From assembly GCA_965223005.1 (NCBI GenBank), contig CBDCVK010000010.1:1472001-1536000 (forward strand): a DNA stretch of 64,000 nucleotides, given 5' to 3'. This document shows, piece after piece, positions 50,432 through 60,388 of this stretch (position 1 is the first letter of the stretch; every line of letters starts with the position of its first letter). The translations under genes and the position numbers were made by a program. The notes under the pieces are model-generated. The model had not been told where the DNA came from. It worked only from the letters and a program-made list of their open reading frames with translations, and searched no databases. Source of the stretch: Terriglobia bacterium. Lineage in GTDB: Bacteria > Acidobacteriota > Terriglobia > JAJPHL01 > JAPKYU01.

Positions 50432-50464
50432 GAGTAGGTGGGGAGTAGGTGGGGAGTAAGTGGG
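50432..50464. repeat. 11-bp G-rich tandem repeat x3
   Basis: GAGTAGGTGGG GAGTAGGTGGG GAGTAAGTGGG between convergent genes. Confidence 0.8.
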
Positions 50465-50477
50465 CAAACGCTCCGTC

Positions 50478-53051
50478 TCAGCGCCAAGTGATCAGGCCGG
50501 TGCTCATAGGCTCCAGGGCATCGGAGTGAGCCGGCAGCGCGCGCGCCGTGTACCCGTGCCGGACGCTGCGCTCGCAGGGGATCACACCCGTGTAGTGGTG
50601 GATGCCGTCCTGGCAGTTCTGCCAGTTCATAGGCACGGCGCGGGCTTGGCTGATATGCCGTTCGGCACTGAGCGGCCCATAGTAGAGTTCGATGCTGACG
50701 TCTTTCGGCTCGATCGCCCCCAGGCGCACCCCGGCCCGCACTTCCAGCCCCTGGCCCACGTTGGGCATGTCCTTGTTCTGCGCCGCCAAGCTCTCGAAAC
50801 GGATCTGGGACCAGTTCTGTTGCATGTTGCGTTTCCACTGGGCCAGTACCCGGGAACGCTCCAGATTATTGGCTGTCATACGCGCCCCGAAGCGGGCCGC
50901 CGGCAGGTAGAAGCTCTCGGTGTACTCGTGCAGCATGCGGTTGCAACTGAACTGCGGACAGAGCAAGCGCATGGAGTTTTTCATTTTGGTGAGCCAGGGG
51001 CGCGGCAGTCTGTCTTCGTCGCGACGGTAAAACAACGGCACCACCTCGCTCTCCAGCATGTTGTAGAGGGCATTGGACTCCACGTAGTCCTGGTAGGCGG
51101 CGTCCTGGTATTCCTCCCCGGAGCCGATGGCCCAACCGGCTTCCCCCCGGAAGCCTTCGTCCCACCAGCCATCCAGAACGCTCAGGTTCAAGCCACCGTT
51201 GCCTAACACCTTCATGCCGCTGGTGCCGCTGGCTTCCAGCGGCCGCCGGGGGTTGTTCAACCAGATGTCCACCCCATGCACCAGGTAGCGAGCCAGCTGG
51301 ATGTCGTAGTCCTCCAGAAACACCATGTGGCGGTGCAGTTCCTCCTGCTGGCAGGCGGCCACCAGTTCCTTGATGAACTCCTTGCCTTCGTTGTCGCGCG
51401 GGTGCGCCTTGCCCGCAAAGACAAACTGCACCGGCATGGAGGGGTCCAGCAGGATTTTCTTCAGCCGCTCCGGATCGGACAGCAGCAGGGTGGCGCGTTT
51501 ATAGGTAGCAAAGCGGCGGGCAAAGCCGATGGTCAGCGCGTTGCTGTCCAGCACGCCGCGCGCCTTGCGCAGCTCGGCCGGCGGCGCTCCGCGCCGCTGC
51601 AACTGCGCGTGGAGCCGGCGCCGGATAATGGCGATCATCCGCTGGCGGCGCCGCTCGTGCGTGGCCCACAGCTCCTCGTCGGGGATATCCTTCACACGCT
51701 CCCAAATCCAGGCCTCCGCGGGACGGCTCCACCACTCCGGACCCAAGTATCGGTCGAACAGGGTCCCCATCTCGTTGGAGACCCAGGAGCGAAGGTGGAT
51801 GCCGTTCGTGATGCTGGCGATGGGCACTTCGTGTTCCGGAACCTTGGGGAAAAACTTCTGGAACAAGTCGCGCGAGACCTGCCCGTGTAGCTTGCTCACC
51901 CCGTTGGCGGAGGCGCTGGTGCGCAGCGCCAGTACAGCCATGTTAAAGGCCTCCTGGGGATTAAACGGGTTGGCCCGGCCCAAGGCCAGCAACTCGTCGC
52001 GCGAAATTTTCGCTTCCTGCAGGTACTCGCCGAAGTACTTGTCCATTAGGTCTGGGGTAAACACGTCGAAACCGGCGGGCACCGGGGTGTGGGTGGTGAA
52101 GACGCTGCCGGCCCGGGCCGCCTCCAGAGCTTCGCGGAAGCCCACTCCGGCCTCCTGGATGTAGCCGTGGATGCGTTCCAGAGCCAAGAAAGCCGAGTGT
52201 CCTTCGTTCATGTGGTAGACCACGGGCCGGATGCCCACGGCGTAAAGCGCGCGCACCCCACCCATGCCCAACACGATTTCCTGACGGATGCGCGTTTCCC
52301 GGTCGCCACCGTAGAGTTGGTCGGTAATGTCCTGCAATTCGCGTGGGTTGTCGGGGATGTTGGTGTCCAGCAGGTACAGCGGCACCCGGCCCACCTGTAC
52401 CTTCCACACCTTGATCTTCACTCGCGCCCCGGCCAGCCGCAGTTCCACGAAGAGGGGCTGACCGCCTGCAGTCAGCACCGGTTCGAGCGGCAGGTTGTAG
52501 AAGTCGTTGGCTGGATAGCGCTCCTGCTGCCAGCCGTCGGGGGTCAAGTACTGCCGGAAATAGCCCTGTTGGTACAGCAGCCCGACGCCAACTAGCGGGA
52601 TCCCCAAATCGCTGGCCGTCTTCAGATGGTCGCCAGCCAGCACTCCCAGGCCTCCCGAGTATATCGGCAGGCATTCGGCCAACCCGTACTCAGCCGAAAA
52701 GTAAGCGATGCACGGGCGCTCGTCGCCGTGCTTCTTGTCCCACCAGGTGGCCTCTTTCATGTAAGTGGTGAATTTTTCGTAAGCCCGCGAATAAGAGGCC
52801 ATGTAACTATCGTCGCGAGCCGCGGCTTGCAGACGTTCCTGGGCGATGCTGCCCAACAACAGCACCGGATTGTGGTAGGTTTCCTCCCACAAGTCGCGAT
52901 CCAGCCGCCGAAAGATTTCGCGAACAGGTTCGTCCCATTGCCAGACTACGTTGTAGGCCATTTCCCGGAGTCCCTTGAGTTCTTCGGGAAGAGTCGGCTG
53001 TACTTGGAAGGTATCAAGTTGCAGCTTCATCATGGCATCGTTGATCGGCAT
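50478..53051 (-). CDS. glgP: Alpha-glucan (glycogen) phosphorylase
   Basis: [61 protein letters not shown]. Confidence 0.96.
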   Translation of the reverse strand: MPINDAMMKLQLDTFQVQPTLPEELKGLREMAYNVVWQWDEPVREIFRRLDRDLWEETYHNPVLLLGSIAQERLQAAARDDSYMASYSRAYEKFTTYMKEATWWDKKHGDERPCIAYFSAEYGLAECLPIYSGGLGVLAGDHLKTASDLGIPLVGVGLLYQQGYFRQYLTPDGWQQERYPANDFYNLPLEPVLTAGGQPLFVELRLAGARVKIKVWKVQVGRVPLYLLDTNIPDNPRELQDITDQLYGGDRETRIRQEIVLGMGGVRALYAVGIRPVVYHMNEGHSAFLALERIHGYIQEAGVGFREALEAARAGSVFTTHTPVPAGFDVFTPDLMDKYFGEYLQEAKISRDELLALGRANPFNPQEAFNMAVLALRTSASANGVSKLHGQVSRDLFQKFFPKVPEHEVPIASITNGIHLRSWVSNEMGTLFDRYLGPEWWSRPAEAWIWERVKDIPDEELWATHERRRQRMIAIIRRRLHAQLQRRGAPPAELRKARGVLDSNALTIGFARRFATYKRATLLLSDPERLKKILLDPSMPVQFVFAGKAHPRDNEGKEFIKELVAACQQEELHRHMVFLEDYDIQLARYLVHGVDIWLNNPRRPLEASGTSGMKVLGNGGLNLSVLDGWWDEGFRGEAGWAIGSGEEYQDAAYQDYVESNALYNMLESEVVPLFYRRDEDRLPRPWLTKMKNSMRLLCPQFSCNRMLHEYTESFYLPAARFGARMTANNLERSRVLAQWKRNMQQNWSQIRFESLAAQNKDMPNVGQGLEVRAGVRLGAIEPKDVSIELYYGPLSAERHISQARAVPMNWQNCQDGIHHYTGVIPCERSVRHGYTARALPAHSDALEPMSTGLITWR

Positions 53052-53201
53052 CGAAACCCTCCTGCGGAAAAGCCCGCGGACCGGAGAACAGGCCGAGCCA
53101 TCTTACCTCATAACCGAATTGCATATATCCGCTGAACCTTGCCAACGGTGCGTTCCCTGCCCAAATCGCGACGGAGCCTTCGGATCGCTTGGCGCCAGCC
53201 A

Positions 53202-53231
53202 TTGACACTCCCAACGAATCCTTCGTAGAAT
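53202..53231 (+). promoter_or_regulatory. Sigma70-type promoter of the dksA-like gene
   Basis: TTGACA-N18-TAGAAT about 50 bp upstream of the ATG. Confidence 0.6.
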
Positions 53232-53280
53232 CGCGGGTTGGCCAAATATCGGTCCGCCAAGTACCCTGCGAGAAGGCCAG

Positions 53281-53634
53281 ATGGATAAAAAGAAACTCGA
53301 GCATTACAAACGGCGACTGCTTGCGAAGCGGGAAGAACTGGAGCGGATCGTGTCGCGGGCCGAACTGGATGGCCGCTCGGCGGACGAAGAGACCCCGCAG
53401 GATCTGGCCGACACGGCAGCCAATTCTTATACCAAGGAATTCTTGTTTAGCCAGAGCAACCACGACCGCGACGTGCTCCAGCTAGTCCTCGAAGCGTTGG
53501 AGCGAATCGAAGAGAAACACTACGGCGAGTGCGTCCACTGCGGCGGCGAGATGCAACAGAAGCGCTTGGAAGCCGTGCCCTGGGCGCGCCATTGTATTCC
53601 CTGCCAGGAAAAGCAAGAGCAGGGGCTGCTGTAG
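53281..53634 (+). CDS. DksA/TraR family protein
   Basis: DLADTA coiled-coil tip, YGECVHCG...RLEAVPWARHCIPCQ. Confidence 0.92.
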   Translation: MDKKKLEHYKRRLLAKREELERIVSRAELDGRSADEETPQDLADTAANSYTKEFLFSQSNHDRDVLQLVLEALERIEEKHYGECVHCGGEMQQKRLEAVPWARHCIPCQEKQEQGLL

Positions 53635-53662
53635 GCCCTTCCAGACTGCTCCGTTTCCCACC

Positions 53663-54436
53663 GTGTCGAATCAGCCTGAAGTGGCGCAATTTGATTCCAC
53701 GACTGGTCAGTTTTTTCACTCCCTGTTCGCTGTTCTGTTCCCCGACCAGTGCCGGCTGTGTGCCGAGCCTCTGGAGGAGCTGACGCGGGTTCCCGTCTGC
53801 CGGCCCTGCCTGCAGAACCTCCACCCGCTTCGGACGGGCGCCGGGCTCTGCCACTGCTGCGGGATTCCCCGCGAGGTGGCAGCGGGGTCGTTGTGCGCCC
53901 GCTGCATAGCCGGCGAATATGATTTCCAGCAGGCCCGCGGCTTCGGCGCCTACGACGGCGCCTTGCGCGAGGTCCTGCACCTGTTCAAGTACCAAGGGAT
54001 GCGCCCGCTGGCGGCGCCACTGGCCGAGCGGCTGGCCGTTGCCTTCCACCAGCAGCAGTGGGACGGCGGCGAGTTTGCCGGAGTGGTAGCCGTGCCGCTG
54101 GCGCGAGCGCGCCAGCGGCAGCGCGGCTTCAACCAGGCACACCTGTTGGCCCGCGAATTGGGTCGCCGGGTAGGACTGCCGGTATTGGAAGACGCCTGCC
54201 GCCGCATCCGCGCCACCGCGCTGCAGACCGGACTGACCCGCGCACAGCGTTTGGAAAACGTGCGCGGCTCCTTCGCTCCAGGTCCCCGCGCCACTCTGTT
54301 AGCCGGCCGTGACATTCTGCTGATTGACGACGTGCTGACCACCGGCGCCACCCTCAGCGCCTGCGCTCGGACGCTCCGCCAGGCCGGGGCGCGGCGGGTC
54401 TGCGCGCTCACCGTCGCCCGCACCGTGGAATCCTGA
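53663..54436 (+). CDS. comF: ComF family phosphoribosyltransferase-like protein
   Basis: N-terminal double zinc ribbon, FKY, RGFNQA, LLIDDVLTTGAT. Confidence 0.92.
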   Translation: MSNQPEVAQFDSTTGQFFHSLFAVLFPDQCRLCAEPLEELTRVPVCRPCLQNLHPLRTGAGLCHCCGIPREVAAGSLCARCIAGEYDFQQARGFGAYDGALREVLHLFKYQGMRPLAAPLAERLAVAFHQQQWDGGEFAGVVAVPLARARQRQRGFNQAHLLARELGRRVGLPVLEDACRRIRATALQTGLTRAQRLENVRGSFAPGPRATLLAGRDILLIDDVLTTGATLSACARTLRQAGARRVCALTVARTVES

Positions 54437-54471
54437 GTGCCTCCGTCGCGGTTTTGTTGTACATTGGCGCC

Positions 54472-55197
54472 ATGAGACGAGCGGCTTTTCTCTGCCTTCT
54501 ATGTGCGGTGGCAACGTGTGCCCAACAGCGGCCGCTGGAAATCATCTCCAGCCCGCAGGGCGATATCCGCATCACCCCCATACGCCACGCCAGCGTGATG
54601 CTGCAGTTTAACGACAAGATCATCCACGTGGACCCGTGGAGCCAGGGCAACTACAGCGGCCTTCCGCAGGCCGACCTGATCCTGATCACTGACATCCACG
54701 GCGATCACATGGACCCGAAGGCCATCGCCCAGCTGAAAAAGGCGGACACCAAGATCGTGGCACCAGCCGCCGTGCAAGAGACGGTGACCGAGGCGGAGGT
54801 GATCCAGAACGGCGAGACGAAGACGGTCCTGGGCATCCAGGTCGAAGCGGTCCCGATGTACAACCTGGAGCGCGGACCCAAGCCGGGAACCCTGTACCAC
54901 GACAAGGGCCGGGGCAACGGCTACGTGCTCACGCTGGGGGGGAAGCGGATGTATTTTTCCGGCGATACGGCATGCGTCCCGGAGGTCAAGAAGCTCAAGA
55001 AGATTGACGTGGCCTTCCTCACCATGAACCTGCCTTACACGATGCCACCGAACGAAGCCGCCGCCTGCGTCAAGGCGTTCCGGCCCAAGATCGTCTACCC
55101 GTACCACTACCGCGGCTCGGATCTGAAGGTGTTCAAAAGGGCCTTGCGGAAGTACGAGGAAATTGTGGTGGTTCGCCTCCGCGACTGGTACTACTGA
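54472..55197 (+). CDS. Exported metallo-beta-lactamase-fold hydrolase
   Basis: HAS, VDPW, TDIHGDHMD, YFSGDT, MNLPYTM, YPYHY. Confidence 0.9.
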   Translation: MRRAAFLCLLCAVATCAQQRPLEIISSPQGDIRITPIRHASVMLQFNDKIIHVDPWSQGNYSGLPQADLILITDIHGDHMDPKAIAQLKKADTKIVAPAAVQETVTEAEVIQNGETKTVLGIQVEAVPMYNLERGPKPGTLYHDKGRGNGYVLTLGGKRMYFSGDTACVPEVKKLKKIDVAFLTMNLPYTMPPNEAAACVKAFRPKIVYPYHYRGSDLKVFKRALRKYEEIVVVRLRDWYY

Positions 55198-55239
55198 TGA
55201 ATGCTGGTACTGCGGATGAGTGGCGGCACTACTGATGAA

Positions 55240-55270
55240 TGAAGGGTGAGCGGCGATTTCTCACCCTTCA
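55240..55270. terminator. Hairpin between convergent genes
   Basis: TGAAGGGTGAG-N9-CTCACCCTTCA, perfect 11-bp stem. Confidence 0.6.
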
Positions 55271-55382
55271 CTCTTAGAATTCGGAATCAACGCAGATTAA
55301 TCCCTTCTCTTACTGACTTGCTAGCCAGATTACGATGCTGCCTGCACCGCGCCTTGGCTACAAGCTGCATGGTCGCGTCCGT

Positions 55383-55889
55383 CTAACGGGTAGACGTGCC
55401 GACCAACGCTAATCTTTGCATGTCCCCTTGTGCGGTGGCGAATGACCGCCCATCGTCGTGTTCCTCCGCGATGAACGCGGTGATAGTGGGCAGCTCGATA
55501 GGAAGCGGAAACTCTGTCCAGAATGTGGCGTCCCCAGTGAAGTCCACGTTGAAGACATGGTACTGGGGATGGTATGGTTCGAGCCCAGCTTGCGGTGCAA
55601 AGTAGAGAGCGTGGGCTACGCCCATACGGGGTTGTCTGAGACCAGTTACGCTAACGTGTGCTTCCCCGCTCCCTGCACCTTGACTAAATGTGTGCAGAGT
55701 TATGGTCGCGTTAGGCGGGACTCTATCCCTAAGTGGGGCACATGGTTGGCAGTTTTCGACCGGGTCAAACATGATTACCCTGGCATTGTTTGAGCCGGCG
55801 AAGCTAACGTCTCCGGGACTAAACAGCAAAAACAGAGCCACCGCAGTCATCAAGAGTCCCGACAGTACAAGTTTCACAGAGCTTCTCAT
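55383..55889 (-). CDS. Exported hypothetical protein
   Basis: GGAGG RBS, signal peptide, CQPC, several His; own promoter. Confidence 0.65.
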   Translation of the reverse strand: MRSSVKLVLSGLLMTAVALFLLFSPGDVSFAGSNNARVIMFDPVENCQPCAPLRDRVPPNATITLHTFSQGAGSGEAHVSVTGLRQPRMGVAHALYFAPQAGLEPYHPQYHVFNVDFTGDATFWTEFPLPIELPTITAFIAEEHDDGRSFATAQGDMQRLALVGTSTR

Positions 55890-56064
55890 TGTTCCTTCCT
55901 CCTTCGTTTTGAGCTGCTGATTTCGCCGCTTCTGGTCCATGCGGTCAGTGCGCACTTCTCTTTTGAGCTTTAGCGGGTAGGGATAGGAACGGTCGGCTTC
56001 CTGGGGTTCAACCTGAGATTCGTCGAACGAAAATCCCCCTGCCAGTCCCCCCTAAGCTATGCGC

Positions 56065-56093
56065 AGTCTGCTAGGGGACAAAGCTGTTGTCAA
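56065..56093 (-). promoter_or_regulatory. Sigma70-type promoter
   Basis: TTGACA-N17-CAGACT. Confidence 0.4.
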
Positions 56094-56115
56094 TGAAGCA
56101 AAAGTCCTATCAGTA

Positions 56116-57459
56116 CTATAGGGACCTCTTCTCGGTGGCATCGTGCACTGACAATCGGGCTTGTAGGGAAGAGCCTAATCTTCCGCCCCTCGCAAGCCAA
56201 CCACCCACCAGCACCGCGTAGAACGGTACGTACACCAGCAGCAGGATCATAGGATTGTCTTCCCAGACTCCCAGCGCTGCATAGCCGATGAGGACTTCAT
56301 AGAAGAGGAAGACCAGCACCGTAAACAACAACCAGGCAGGGTTAGGGAAAATGGCCAGCAGCGGCAGAATCCAGGTGAGGTACCAGGGAAAGACGTTGGC
56401 CGCGCACGCCAGAGTGGTTCCCAAGATGACAAAGGCCGCCCGCAGGAGGGCAACTCGGCGACCAGCCAGAAATCCGGCCATTCCGGCCACGACCGCGACA
56501 AAGACGACGCTCGCTCCCGTGTGCGATCCGGTCACCGCGTGAAACAGGGCAAACAGGCCGTCGTTGTTGCGCCATTTCTGGGCGAACATGGACAACCCGG
56601 GTAGCACCTGAACCAGGCCCTCGCGAAAAGGCCAGTACCCAACTGCCCCGCACAGCACCGGCAGCAGCAACCAGCGCCAGCGCCCACGTTCCAGCCACCG
56701 GGCCAGCACCACCGGCCAGAGAAAAGCGGTGAATAGCTTGGTCAACGTAGAGAGGGCAAGGGCCACCAGGGACCAGGCCTTCTCGCCGGCTGCAAACCCG
56801 AGCAGCGCCAGGAGAAGAAAGAAGACGGCCACCGAATCGTTGTGACCACTGGCGGCAAACTCGATCACGGCCAGCGGCGACCACCAGTAGACCAGCACCC
56901 GCTGCTTCGGCAACCCGAGCCGCCCCAGCAACAGCACCAATAGCAGAGCCGCGCCGAAGTCGAAGGCCAGCATCGGCACTTTCATCAGCAAGACAGAGAG
57001 GTAAACGCTGCCCGGCGCCATAGCGACTGGGTACCAGAAGCGGAAAAGCAATTCGGTGAACGGGCCGTAAATGGCCACATAGTGCTTGCCGGCCACGCCT
57101 TGGTAGGTTTCGTCCCGCAGGTGCTCGAGCTGCGGGTCGGCCGGCGGGAGCAGGTAGGGGTTGTAGCCAGCCACTTGCATCTTGCCGTCCCAGCGGTAGC
57201 GGATCAGGTCATCGGAAAGCGAGGGATAGAGAGGAAACAGGGTCGCGCGAAACACCAGGCCCGCGACAAAGATGAACCGCAACGTCCACCGGCCGGCCGC
57301 GGGCAAAGGGCGAAAAACCAGCCAGACCGAAATCAGGTATAATAGGCCGGCCGCCAGGGCGAGCGGAATGAACCGCACCACCTGCTCCTTCAAATTACCG
57401 AGGAGCAGGATGAGGACGTAGGCAGCCTCCAGCGCTCCGGCCAGCAGCCAAAGGGTCAT
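56116..57459 (-). CDS. GT-C fold membrane glycosyltransferase (GT87-like)
   Basis: SDDLIRYRWDG, GYNPY, IYGP, W.PL...E....GHND, FPWYL.W; many TMs. Confidence 0.82.
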   Translation of the reverse strand: MTLWLLAGALEAAYVLILLLGNLKEQVVRFIPLALAAGLLYLISVWLVFRPLPAAGRWTLRFIFVAGLVFRATLFPLYPSLSDDLIRYRWDGKMQVAGYNPYLLPPADPQLEHLRDETYQGVAGKHYVAIYGPFTELLFRFWYPVAMAPGSVYLSVLLMKVPMLAFDFGAALLLVLLLGRLGLPKQRVLVYWWSPLAVIEFAASGHNDSVAVFFLLLALLGFAAGEKAWSLVALALSTLTKLFTAFLWPVVLARWLERGRWRWLLLPVLCGAVGYWPFREGLVQVLPGLSMFAQKWRNNDGLFALFHAVTGSHTGASVVFVAVVAGMAGFLAGRRVALLRAAFVILGTTLACAANVFPWYLTWILPLLAIFPNPAWLLFTVLVFLFYEVLIGYAALGVWEDNPMILLLVYVPFYAVLVGGWLARGGRLGSSLQARLSVHDATEKRSL

Positions 57460-57520
57460 TGGGGGATTTCTGCTACCCGTTGTTCAGCGGGTCGCTCGTT
57501 TGAGCAAAGTATCATAGCGG

Positions 57521-59158
57521 ATGGGCACCCTTCTTTTATATCTAGTGTTTCCCGCTGGGCAACCTTCTTTATGGAAGCAGGTCAAGGTATTTCTCTTCGA
57601 CCGAACCTTCGAAAATGTCTACCAGCCCAACGCCTTCGATGTGGCGATCCTGACACCCTACTTTCTGGTGCTGGCGGTGCTTTCGGCCTACGGGCTGCAC
57701 CGCTACTGGCTGGTTTACAGCTACCACCGGCACCGTCGCCGGCGCGCGGTGCCGCCGCCGGCCCGCTGGGAACGGCTGCCGCGCGTCACGATCCAGTTGC
57801 CGGTGTATAACGAGCGGTTCGTCGTGGAGCGCTTGATTGACAGCGTCTGCCAGATTCAGTACCCGCGGGAGCTGCTGGAAATCCAGGTCCTGGACGACTC
57901 GACGGATGAGACGGTGGAGGAGGCCCGGGCCGCCGTGGAGCGCTACGCGCTTCTGGGGCACCCAATCCGCCACTTCCATCGAACCCACCGGCGGGGCTTC
58001 AAGGCCGGGGCGCTGGCTGCCGGGCTGGAGAAAGCCACCGGGGATTTCATCTGCATCTTCGACGCTGACTTCCTGCCGCCGGCCGACTTCTTGCAGCGCA
58101 CCATCCATTGCTTCACCGACCCGGGCGTGGGAATGGTGCAAACGCGTTGGACGTTCCTGAATCGCGAGTACTCGCTGCTGACCCGGGTGCAAGCCATTCT
58201 GCTGGATGGGCACTTCGTGCTGGAGCACGGCGCGCGCTTCGGCTCCGGCTGCTTCTTCAATTTCAACGGCACGGCGGGCATCTGGCGGCGCGCGGCCATC
58301 GAGCAGGCGGGCGGCTGGCAACACGACACCCTCACCGAAGACACCGACCTCAGCTACCGCGCGCAGTTGCGTGGCTGGAGGTTCCTCTACCTGCCGGACG
58401 TCGAATGCCCCTCGGAGCTGCCGGTGGAGATGACCGCGTTCAAAACCCAGCAGGCTCGCTGGGCCAAGGGCCTGATCCAGACGGCAAGAAAACTGATGCC
58501 GCGGATCTGGACTGCCCCCATCCCCCTGCGCCAGAAAGTGGAGGCCTGGTTCCACCTGACCGCCAACATCAGCTACCCGCTGATGGCCGTTCTGGCTGTG
58601 CTGCTGCTGCCGGCCATGATTGTGCGCTTCTACCAGGGCTGGTTCCAGATGCTCTATATTGACCTGCCCTTGTTTGTGGCGGCCACCTTCTCCATTTCCT
58701 CCTTCTACCTGACCAGCCAGCGTGAACTGTTCCCGCGGCAGTGGACGCGTACCTTCCGCTACCTGCCGTTGCTGATAGGCGTGGGCATCGGGCTCACCAT
58801 CACCAATGCTCGGGCTGTGCTGGAGGCGCTGTGCGGAGTGGCCTCGCCCTTCCAACGCACTCCGAAGTACCGCATCGAATTCCACGCTCAACGGGTACGC
58901 TTGCAGCGGTACCGCGGCCGCGCCGGCTGGGTTCCGGCCATCGAGCTGGCCGTCGGCACCTACTTCCTGGCCACGGTGTTTTACGCGGTAGACTGCCGCA
59001 ATTTTGCTTCCGTCCCCTTTCTGCTGCTCTTCGTCCTGGGCTACTACTACACCGGCTTGATTTCTCTGTTGCAGGGACGGTGGGAGGTGCTGGCGCGTCC
59101 TTTTCAGGCCCTCCGCCTGCGCTGGAACAGGGTCCAGGTTTCAGGCGTCAGGTATTAG
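57521..59158 (+). CDS. GT2 glycosyltransferase (cellulose synthase/Csl-like)
   Basis: QLPVYNE, VLDDSTD, FKAGAL, FDADF, LTEDTDLS, QQARWAKG (QxxRW); C-terminal TMs. Confidence 0.93.
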   Translation: MGTLLLYLVFPAGQPSLWKQVKVFLFDRTFENVYQPNAFDVAILTPYFLVLAVLSAYGLHRYWLVYSYHRHRRRRAVPPPARWERLPRVTIQLPVYNERFVVERLIDSVCQIQYPRELLEIQVLDDSTDETVEEARAAVERYALLGHPIRHFHRTHRRGFKAGALAAGLEKATGDFICIFDADFLPPADFLQRTIHCFTDPGVGMVQTRWTFLNREYSLLTRVQAILLDGHFVLEHGARFGSGCFFNFNGTAGIWRRAAIEQAGGWQHDTLTEDTDLSYRAQLRGWRFLYLPDVECPSELPVEMTAFKTQQARWAKGLIQTARKLMPRIWTAPIPLRQKVEAWFHLTANISYPLMAVLAVLLLPAMIVRFYQGWFQMLYIDLPLFVAATFSISSFYLTSQRELFPRQWTRTFRYLPLLIGVGIGLTITNARAVLEALCGVASPFQRTPKYRIEFHAQRVRLQRYRGRAGWVPAIELAVGTYFLATVFYAVDCRNFASVPFLLLFVLGYYYTGLISLLQGRWEVLARPFQALRLRWNRVQVSGVRY

Positions 59159-59981
59159 CTGGGTCTCCTGACTTTGCCAGCAGCAGAATATCCTGGGTCC
59201 CGTACATGATGTTGACGCGCAGTCGAAAACCAAGCGACTGAATCAGCTCTAGCAAGAAGGACTCTTCATAAGCGATCGCATTCTCCGGATAGCAACCGCT
59301 GTGGGTGGCAAAGTGCCCGTGGCAGCAAGGAAAACAGAGGGGGTGCCTGCCTGTACCCCTGATGGCTTCCTCTCGGGAACGGTAGGTAAAAAATGACGCG
59401 TAAATGGTCCCGCTGCTGTCCAGCATGCGAAACAACTCCCCGAGATAGTGTCGAAGGTCTTCCTCCAGCAGGTGTGTGAAAAGTGAGGTTGCAATGATCA
59501 GGTCAAAGGAGCCATCGGGATGGGGGAAGCGGAAATCTCTGGCGAGTTGTTTTCCCTTGGGATTGTAGGAGCGATTGTAAAGATCGGCACAGTAGAACTG
59601 AAATCGAGTGTTTTTCGAAGCGATGTGCTTTTGGCACCAAAGGATGGCCTTTGCGTTGATGTCCATCCCTGCGTACTGTACGTTCAAACGTAGAAGCTCA
59701 GGATCGGTGGCGAAGCAGTAGGCGACCCGGCCGCAACCACACCCTACATCCAAGATCCGGTAATTCTCTTTGAACAATCCCAGTCGGAAAAATTCGTGCA
59801 AAAACCAGGGTCCCACGTTCTTAAAACCTTTCGATCCGCCGGCCAGAGTGCGAAGGGAATAAGGTGGGAGGTAGAGCTGTCTGGTAAACAACCGATAGAA
59901 AAAATCTAACTTATCAATGACCGGCTCATAAAACCACCGGTATCGGACGTAACTTCTTTCACGCCGCAGCAGAGTCGTCAT
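59148..59981 (-). CDS. Class I SAM-dependent methyltransferase
   Basis: ILDVGCGCGR, GMDI, FDLIIATSLFTHL. Confidence 0.88.
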   Translation of the reverse strand: MTTLLRRERSYVRYRWFYEPVIDKLDFFYRLFTRQLYLPPYSLRTLAGGSKGFKNVGPWFLHEFFRLGLFKENYRILDVGCGCGRVAYCFATDPELLRLNVQYAGMDINAKAILWCQKHIASKNTRFQFYCADLYNRSYNPKGKQLARDFRFPHPDGSFDLIIATSLFTHLLEEDLRHYLGELFRMLDSSGTIYASFFTYRSREEAIRGTGRHPLCFPCCHGHFATHSGCYPENAIAYEESFLLELIQSLGFRLRVNIMYGTQDILLLAKSGDPANT

Positions 59982-60388
59982 GGTCTCGCTATCAAACACG
60001 GCCCCAGACAATTTACTCTTTTTCCAGTCCCGCGACCGGCTGTGTATGCCCCCTTCCCTCCCCGACAGTCTCGCATTCCAGCCGGAGGGCAAACAGAGAT
60101 TCGAGCTCCTGGACACGCCCTGTAACAGGGACGCGCTCCTGGGCTGGGCTCACTCAGGTGCTTACAAGGCATTTCATAGTAGACTAACTGACACCGGAAG
60201 CGCGTTTTCAGTGATTTGGGTCGCAGGCTGCTCCAGTCAAAACGGCAGTGGATCAGCAGGCGAAAGGAGCGTGACAGCGAGGCGACCGCGCGCGAAGGAA
60301 ATCCTTGTAGCCATCGGGCCGTGCTTTCTGCTGCCACTTGTTTGGCGCTACGATGCAGGAACCTGAAGGCTGACGCCCGAGGCCCACC

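Noticed and set aside
50432-50464. CRISPR array
   Set aside because: Tandem 11-mers with no spacers; no cas genes in the window
57569-58891. Long antisense ORFs (also 12870-14321, 15558-16634, 8785-9954)
   Set aside because: Shadow frames of well-supported GC-rich genes
60085-60140. c-di-GMP-I riboswitch-like GGGCAAAC...GGGACGC
   Set aside because: No GNRA-capped P1, no GCAAA junction and no P2 arm
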